Origin: a virus
Taxonomy: Duplodnaviria; Caudoviricetes
Length of the DNA: 27,950 bases
IMG/VR virus record: IMGVR_UViG_3300032462_002418
Location: 1-27,950 of that record
Strand: one strand, 5' to 3'
Part shown: one piece after another, positions 25,101 to 27,950 of the stretch
Numbering within the stretch: the first letter of the stretch is position 1
How the letters are laid out: each line of letters starts with the position of its first letter
Position numbers and translations under genes: made by a program
The notes under the pieces: generated by a model
Told to the model about the DNA's origin: nothing
What the model saw: only the letters and a program-made list of their open reading frames with translations
The model's database searches: none

Positions 25101-27950
25101 ACTGACCTAGACCACCCAAAGTGGGGAGCAACACACGAAGAACAAATAGACTCAATGAGGGATGAAATGTCGTCTCATCTTCTCGGCGCTCGTGACATGG
25201 TTACGAACATGCCGCTTGACGATAACGATAATGAGACACTTAACGACTATGACTATATAAATTCAGAGCAAATCGCACAAATTGACGAACTCGATAAGAA
25301 GATTCGCAACGCGAAATCCCCTGATGACATAGATAAACTTAGTGACGAAGTTGACGCGATAGTCAGCCAACTTACGGACCAAGCCGAGGAACAGTATCGC
25401 AGGAATGAGGCATTCCGCAACTACGAAATGGTCAGCGCCCCGGAGGAAAGTGAATGGAGTGAGGCCTATCCGACCGACCTTTATTCGTTTAGTGGCGGAG
25501 ATGATGACAGTTTCGCCTCGCGCGGCACGGGGTCAAAAAAGTATTCTCCTTTTGGCGAAGGTCAAATAGCGCAACACATGGATGAACTTGAAACTGGAGG
25601 TCGTAATGCCGATGGACCTCTGCCACAACAATATAATCGCCGTGCCAAAACAATTCTCGATAACTGGAACAGCCTAAGCACTGAAGAAAAAAGACAATAT
25701 ATCAATTTAGCCGATGACGATGAATACAGCGATGATTTGGGGGACTTGGGTAGCATTGAGGAATTTGTCAGCGCACTAGAAACAGCGTACATGGATTCTC
25801 CCGGTTACGAAGATGACCGCGCGTCATACATGGGTTCCGGTGGTGACGATTTCGCCAGCAGGGGCGCTCAGCCAGATTATTCCTCAATAGAAGTTGTTGA
25901 TGTATCTGGTTCAAGTGCTCTTGAAGATGCCTATTACGACCCAGAGGTATCAGAACTGATTGTCATGTATCCCGGTGGAAGAATCTACATTTACGAGGGT
26001 GTAACTCAAGACGACCTCGCCGAATTCCGCGACAACACCAGCAAGGGTCGTGCTATTAATGACATTAAGCGCACGCACTCTTTCCGACGGGCCGATGAGG
26101 GAGACAGGGGAAATAGGTTCGCGCGCGAAGGTTCAGATGTCGCTCAAGAAATGGAAAAAAATCAACTTGATTCAATCTGGAATAGACTAAAACCAGAACA
26201 CCAAATCAGTTATCTCAAGAGGGTAACGGACCACGCAATAAGCAACGGTTCTGGCGAGTCAGCAGACGACCTTGTAGAAGCCGCCAAACGACGCGCACTC
26301 GACGACAGAGAGATGGCATCGCTAGAACGCCAAGCCGACGCCGCCGGATTGGGTGGTCGCAAAATTGATGTTTCCTCAAGCCAAGCCTTGAATTCAGTCG
26401 CGTACGATAAGGACAATCGGGTTCTATCGGTTGAATACCGTGGCCGCAACGGTGAGGGCACTGGCAAAATCTACGACTACGCCGATGTCCCAGAGTCTGT
26501 AGTAAGCGATTTGGAAAACGCTGACAGTCGTGGTGGTGTTCTTCGGACCATTCGCGACGATTACGAGTTCACAACCCGCGATGCACTCCCGGCGCACGCT
26601 TACGAAGGTTTTGGTTCACGCGATGATTCCAATAAGCCAGACCCAATTGATGGCATATTTGACGATGCTTCTACCGAAGCAGAATACCAAGCCCGCATGG
26701 ACGCGAGACGAGATGCACGCCGCGCAAAAAGTCCAGGCGGACTCACTCCGCCTCAGATAACTGCTAAAAAGCGGGCGGAAACTAGGGATGCGAGGGAGCG
26801 TGAAAGAGTAGCCGCTGAACGCGCAAACTGGACTCCAGAAGATTGGGCAAACCTAAACGCTGACCTTGAAGAAGATAGGGGCCGCGACGAAGCAGGCGAC
26901 GCCCGCAGCGGTTTTGCCTCACGTGGAAGAAATCCGCAACGCGGCATACGACGGGGCAGACTCATTGATAACGACAACACATTGAGCAAACTTCAAGAAC
27001 AAATGGAGAATGACCTTGACGACGGGGACGCCGTTAATAACTTTGCCCTTGCCGTCACCGAAGCAGTTATCCCAAGCGGGACCGGAAACCCACGACGACG
27101 CGAAGGGCGCGGGTTCCAGGCTGAACAGATGGACCAACTTGACGCTATTCGTGATTCACTAGAGCGACTCGGAATTGAATACCTAGCTGGTCGCCGCGGT
27201 CGTGGGCGAGCAGTCGATGGCGAACTTGCGCAACGTTGGGTAATCACAGATGCAGACGGGTTTGTATATGACCTAGACAACGGAACCGTACCGGCGCTCG
27301 CGTGGGCAGGAATGAGCCGTAACGACAGGGCTGCATTTGCAAATCAACAAATTGACAGAGTGCTTGCTGGTGGTGGATTTAATTCCCGAGACGAATTGGG
27401 CCGCGGTGGTGGTCGCCCAAAAGATGACCCATTAGCCTCATTTAAGGATTTACCCGAAGGCGCAATAGTCACACTTGTAGGCGACGAATTTACAATCAGC
27501 GGTTCTGACGGTTTTGGTTCCAGATTTACATATGGTTCTGAAACCGGCATCAAAACAAAAGATGAAATGTTTGAGTACCTCAATGCGCAATTAATTGAAG
27601 CCATTGAGCAAGCCGACCCAACATCTTGGAAAATGCCGTGGCGCGTTACATCAATGCCAAATAACCCGACCACCAAAAAACCTTATTCTGGTTCTAACTT
27701 TATGACACTGGCGATTATCGGGTCTGCGCGTGGGTACGAGAGCAAACAGTGGGCCGGATACGGACAATGGGAATCAGCCGGTGGTCAGGTGCGCAAGGGC
27801 GCTAAAGGCGTGCCAATTTTTGTTCCGATTCCGTTTAAATCAAAGGACAAAAAAGGCACCCTTGACCCCGCAACGGGCAAAGTAGCAGAGCGCAGTGGAA
27901 TGTCGTGGAGGGTGATTCGGGTTTTCAACCGCGATGAGGTTGATGGTCTT
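18690..27950 (+). CDS. Giant multidomain protein (>=3087 aa, runs off the right edge): prohead protease + linker-separated modules + 5 KTSC + ArdC-N
   Basis: Translated by hand from the ATG at 18690 (MNQEIKYKSGTGQVNIDEATG) to the window end (..RVFNRDEVDGL) with no in-frame stop. Missing from the ORF track because its stop codon lies outside the window. Confidence 0.93.
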   Translation, partial: MNQEIKYKSGTGQVNIDEATGIVECFVAGIGNKDSVGDIVISGAFAKSLTRRKPRVVWGHSWNDPIGKVLEMYEVPLGDPRLPAKMRDAGVGGLYAKVQFNLNSEKGKEAFASVAFFGEDQEWSIGYKTLDSIFDANLQANVLKEVELYEVSPVLHGANHLTGTISIKHAEETPLVTGNPFASMLRMISPEQMPRIIAVPASTEGEENGEEDIFSEGLAQKLSKEQQGKIQQELSERTNSQVEIISATEGSLIFKRTEDSGKTSTFRVGYHTPDNYETFMFGKPEAYTSVVKPEVEQNIVTKPNPDELVVVPNAGAAYRNDDEDEMSSLLDAVSSSYGKSAVTHLIELPQYAIKDALSMLEPVFQYHKLETYTSDKGIGINGVVSAQAMDALQTAVKAIGQTIGQTAGTLRTIAQGFNPNAIDGDADGFAQDNTAFMRPYIPIKKPNVDLPDVGGKKRNATELLDKPTIDTGPKSTVDPATLAGQPRQRALAAGTLQPRTREDMMFLADRRPLNAGLAKYWDMNDSELNLAGQRLLSTRRSTGAEGRDAVDTELYKVSHEFARRTSYEQQFGKKFVPPKSAAAPTKSPVREDAPKPVTKPETIAARKLRAELDQEEEDALDDDDNYRDSLDEDDGGASLLDGDDFASRGDDKPKYSIDTYNAFNDAVRDLSELPMTDEHEDRISDFIEEAAANIAPKDRHLTSSPFYIEYMREEAIASLLGDVQSADDPSFHYPDIADAWIEANIADVEPDDGFASAGKKSSWGEILRAQHPDLERNMVAQALRSSFMDDKNNRSRILRMNDEDHADFNNMVRNEAQSIVDYHNANDEGNVRTATLPDHITQMIDKYEKSLTNYEPDEGLGSRTDTTPFDKIDTEFSGALDGAHYDAQNQELHVGFKRTDGPTSWYTYSGVTQKEVDALHDSNSKGREINKIKGKHDVEKARPETIDKITSPPKAKSPIEPIDVADSKALASAHYDSGAQELVVTYNGPDGEPGGTYIYEGVTQADADAFDSAPSKGRAINEIKRTKAFRKANADEVETRESAPSLDWASADPDDNTIESGSGLSYEIQEISYGGEFNVRVGKRTNSYADGPGFDEIEESPTFTSREAAQSWAERYDHEVVLSEQRADKLADGRTEKIDVSRSSALEKASWNDRDQELTVKYRGGGTYVYEGVTEDDFDDLNTAKSKGAAINRIKKTHTFRKADEGLASRGDGMPPQSYFEPPDYDEVEVTDDDMDDYFENNVYGMDDGENEFLTRYFSGGQLGTGIAPLDTESDPYMEVLFDKRPDYKTTDRALVEKRIAEFQSYLEEGRRRSYRANLERKKNPDKYEQAYQDWLDASVDPDDVGQYLADNPEEYDGGFGSRGFGRAYDEPPDDYDFNNDDYEEYFFDRVYDGNGSVLRESEDEFLTRYFSGGELGILNAADETDLGYMEELHNKRPDYKTTDRALAEKRVAEFRSYVDKINTRDAFSNPEMEKAFRDYFNRVTDAADYDDLMEVVERRGGRSRYDSFGSRASTEQWPTPYGDEPSEFNTRETLSQIGRGNLGAISGGRTKMRGNEMVLPVNKDQQVIVGYNGGADTYYVRAEKIINSGKDKGKNRVLAQWNDVYAEDVGETAYNASLRPEYLSDDNKTFWEPALSGSAINKLVDKQTGKYYGADDDGFASRESIQIDENILDFNELDRDTQRDWLQDYYEEFGGLPPSNRNHDSDAAEEEWNRIAQKERSAIAEEILARVDALRAEGADEGNPFQKNGNILYVEELVKNVTNVESSQIYEALEILERFDNAGEGFASRGKKKWDDLSSDERWNLTESQFEEAERIRFEELFDEGWPDDEMTDRMDSPRLTEIAEELAEAAYDKDGGGFASRGNTSPGNRFDKQHYDEFSNLLEEGGITSLPVSDDNVWDALNERVMSYGTTGSRRDKWNEAERDLIRQMSSDQNNGKDVISEYRDIVDAWLADKYPDDDKLPFFKDEEPLDLDRDAFTERANREGLASRGARRSTAEMLDESRNLIEDPSRFRKRGYELTELNDADNAQRGLDGLLEYRKQLIEARNRAADEMGTANGYNGPPRGKNSRNYDIIEQIAAGDDDDWTLLDEYGSAIQAADDVLDKYRADQQLARDREEHSSGIWSELQKHGRANVDTDLDHPKWGATHEEQIDSMRDEMSSHLLGARDMVTNMPLDDNDNETLNDYDYINSEQIAQIDELDKKIRNAKSPDDIDKLSDEVDAIVSQLTDQAEEQYRRNEAFRNYEMVSAPEESEWSEAYPTDLYSFSGGDDDSFASRGTGSKKYSPFGEGQIAQHMDELETGGRNADGPLPQQYNRRAKTILDNWNSLSTEEKRQYINLADDDEYSDDLGDLGSIEEFVSALETAYMDSPGYEDDRASYMGSGGDDFASRGAQPDYSSIEVVDVSGSSALEDAYYDPEVSELIVMYPGGRIYIYEGVTQDDLAEFRDNTSKGRAINDIKRTHSFRRADEGDRGNRFAREGSDVAQEMEKNQLDSIWNRLKPEHQISYLKRVTDHAISNGSGESADDLVEAAKRRALDDREMASLERQADAAGLGGRKIDVSSSQALNSVAYDKDNRVLSVEYRGRNGEGTGKIYDYADVPESVVSDLENADSRGGVLRTIRDDYEFTTRDALPAHAYEGFGSRDDSNKPDPIDGIFDDASTEAEYQARMDARRDARRAKSPGGLTPPQITAKKRAETRDARERERVAAERANWTPEDWANLNADLEEDRGRDEAGDARSGFASRGRNPQRGIRRGRLIDNDNTLSKLQEQMENDLDDGDAVNNFALAVTEAVIPSGTGNPRRREGRGFQAEQMDQLDAIRDSLERLGIEYLAGRRGRGRAVDGELAQRWVITDADGFVYDLDNGTVPALAWAGMSRNDRAAFANQQIDRVLAGGGFNSRDELGRGGGRPKDDPLASFKDLPEGAIVTLVGDEFTISGSDGFGSRFTYGSETGIKTKDEMFEYLNAQLIEAIEQADPTSWKMPWRVTSMPNNPTTKKPYSGSNFMTLAIIGSARGYESKQWAGYGQWESAGGQVRKGAKGVPIFVPIPFKSKDKKGTLDPATGKVAERSGMSWRVIRVFNRDEVDGL
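21303..22292 (+). other. Three KTSC domains (21303-21497, 21573-21779, 22101-22292)
   Basis: Pattern S.AL..A.[YW]D...QEL.V.[FY]...Y.Y.GV.......SKG..IN.IK, matching the KTSC consensus as I recall it. Confidence 0.85.
25896..26570 (+). other. Two KTSC domains (25896-26087, 26364-26570)
   Basis: SSALEDAYYDPEVSELIVMYPGGRIYIYEGV..SKGRAINDIK and SQALNSVAYDKDNRVLSVEY..IYDYADVPESVVSDLENADSRG. Confidence 0.85.
27561..27950 (+). other. ArdC N-terminal ssDNA-binding domain (DUF1738-like)
   Basis: WKMPW, PNNPTTKKPYSGSN, GYESKQWAGYGQW, GGQVRKGAKG and VFNRDEVDGL: the ArdC-N motif series in order. Confidence 0.88.

Larger units (their letters stand above)
20616..27527 (+). repeat. 16 dispersed in-frame linker repeats, consensus [DEG]-[GDS]-[FL]-[AG]-S-R-G
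   Basis: F/L codons at 20622, 20949 (FASAG variant), 21267, 22308, 22767, 23214, 23667, 24048, 24267, 24651, 25512, 25851, 26610, 26913, 27378 (FNSR variant) and 27513. Confidence 0.9.

Noticed and set aside
20616-27527. GGTTTCGCCTCACGTGG-like repeats as a CRISPR array
   Set aside because: Repeats are short, degenerate at synonymous positions, always in frame and 135-1041 nt apart; no cas operon is present.
18528-27676. Many short ORFs on both strands listed in the ORF track
   Set aside because: They are antisense or out-of-frame shadows of the single giant plus-strand ORF, which has recognisable domains; none shows a recognisable motif.
18690-27950. Inteins, stop-codon recoding or a fused major capsid protein as the explanation for the ORF length
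   Set aside because: No intein splice or LAGLIDADG motifs seen, no in-frame stops to recode, and no HK97-fold capsid motifs recognised within the window.

Overview
Window from a tailed dsDNA phage with a contractile tail. An actinobacterial host is plausible but is only an inference. The leftward (-) block, read from the middle outwards, holds terminase large subunit, a recombination module (Rad52/Sak-like annealing protein, Cas4/RecB-like nuclease, HNH, RuvC-like resolvase), a ParB / PAPS-reductase (IbrA-like) / ParB cassette, neck genes, sheath, tube, a tail chaperone with an inferred -1 frameshift, and a tape measure gene running off the left edge. The rightward (+) block holds a small membrane protein, an HK97-type portal, and a giant ORF that the ORF track omits (18690 to >27950, >=3087 codons, no stop in my manual translation). 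This ORF starts with an HK97-type prohead protease and continues as a chain of mostly acidic 45-350 aa modules, including 5 KTSC domains, two paralogous module pairs and an ArdC-N domain. The modules are separated by 16 copies of a short linker, roughly [DEG]-[GDS]-[FL]-[AG]-S-R-G. Main hypothesis: a self-processing capsid polyprotein that loads and releases anti-host effectors. Also found: a recurring AGTTGC-N23-TANNNT promoter motif, and an intergenic sRNA-like element with a 17-nt match to 23S rRNA that is complementary to a phage ribosome-binding site.
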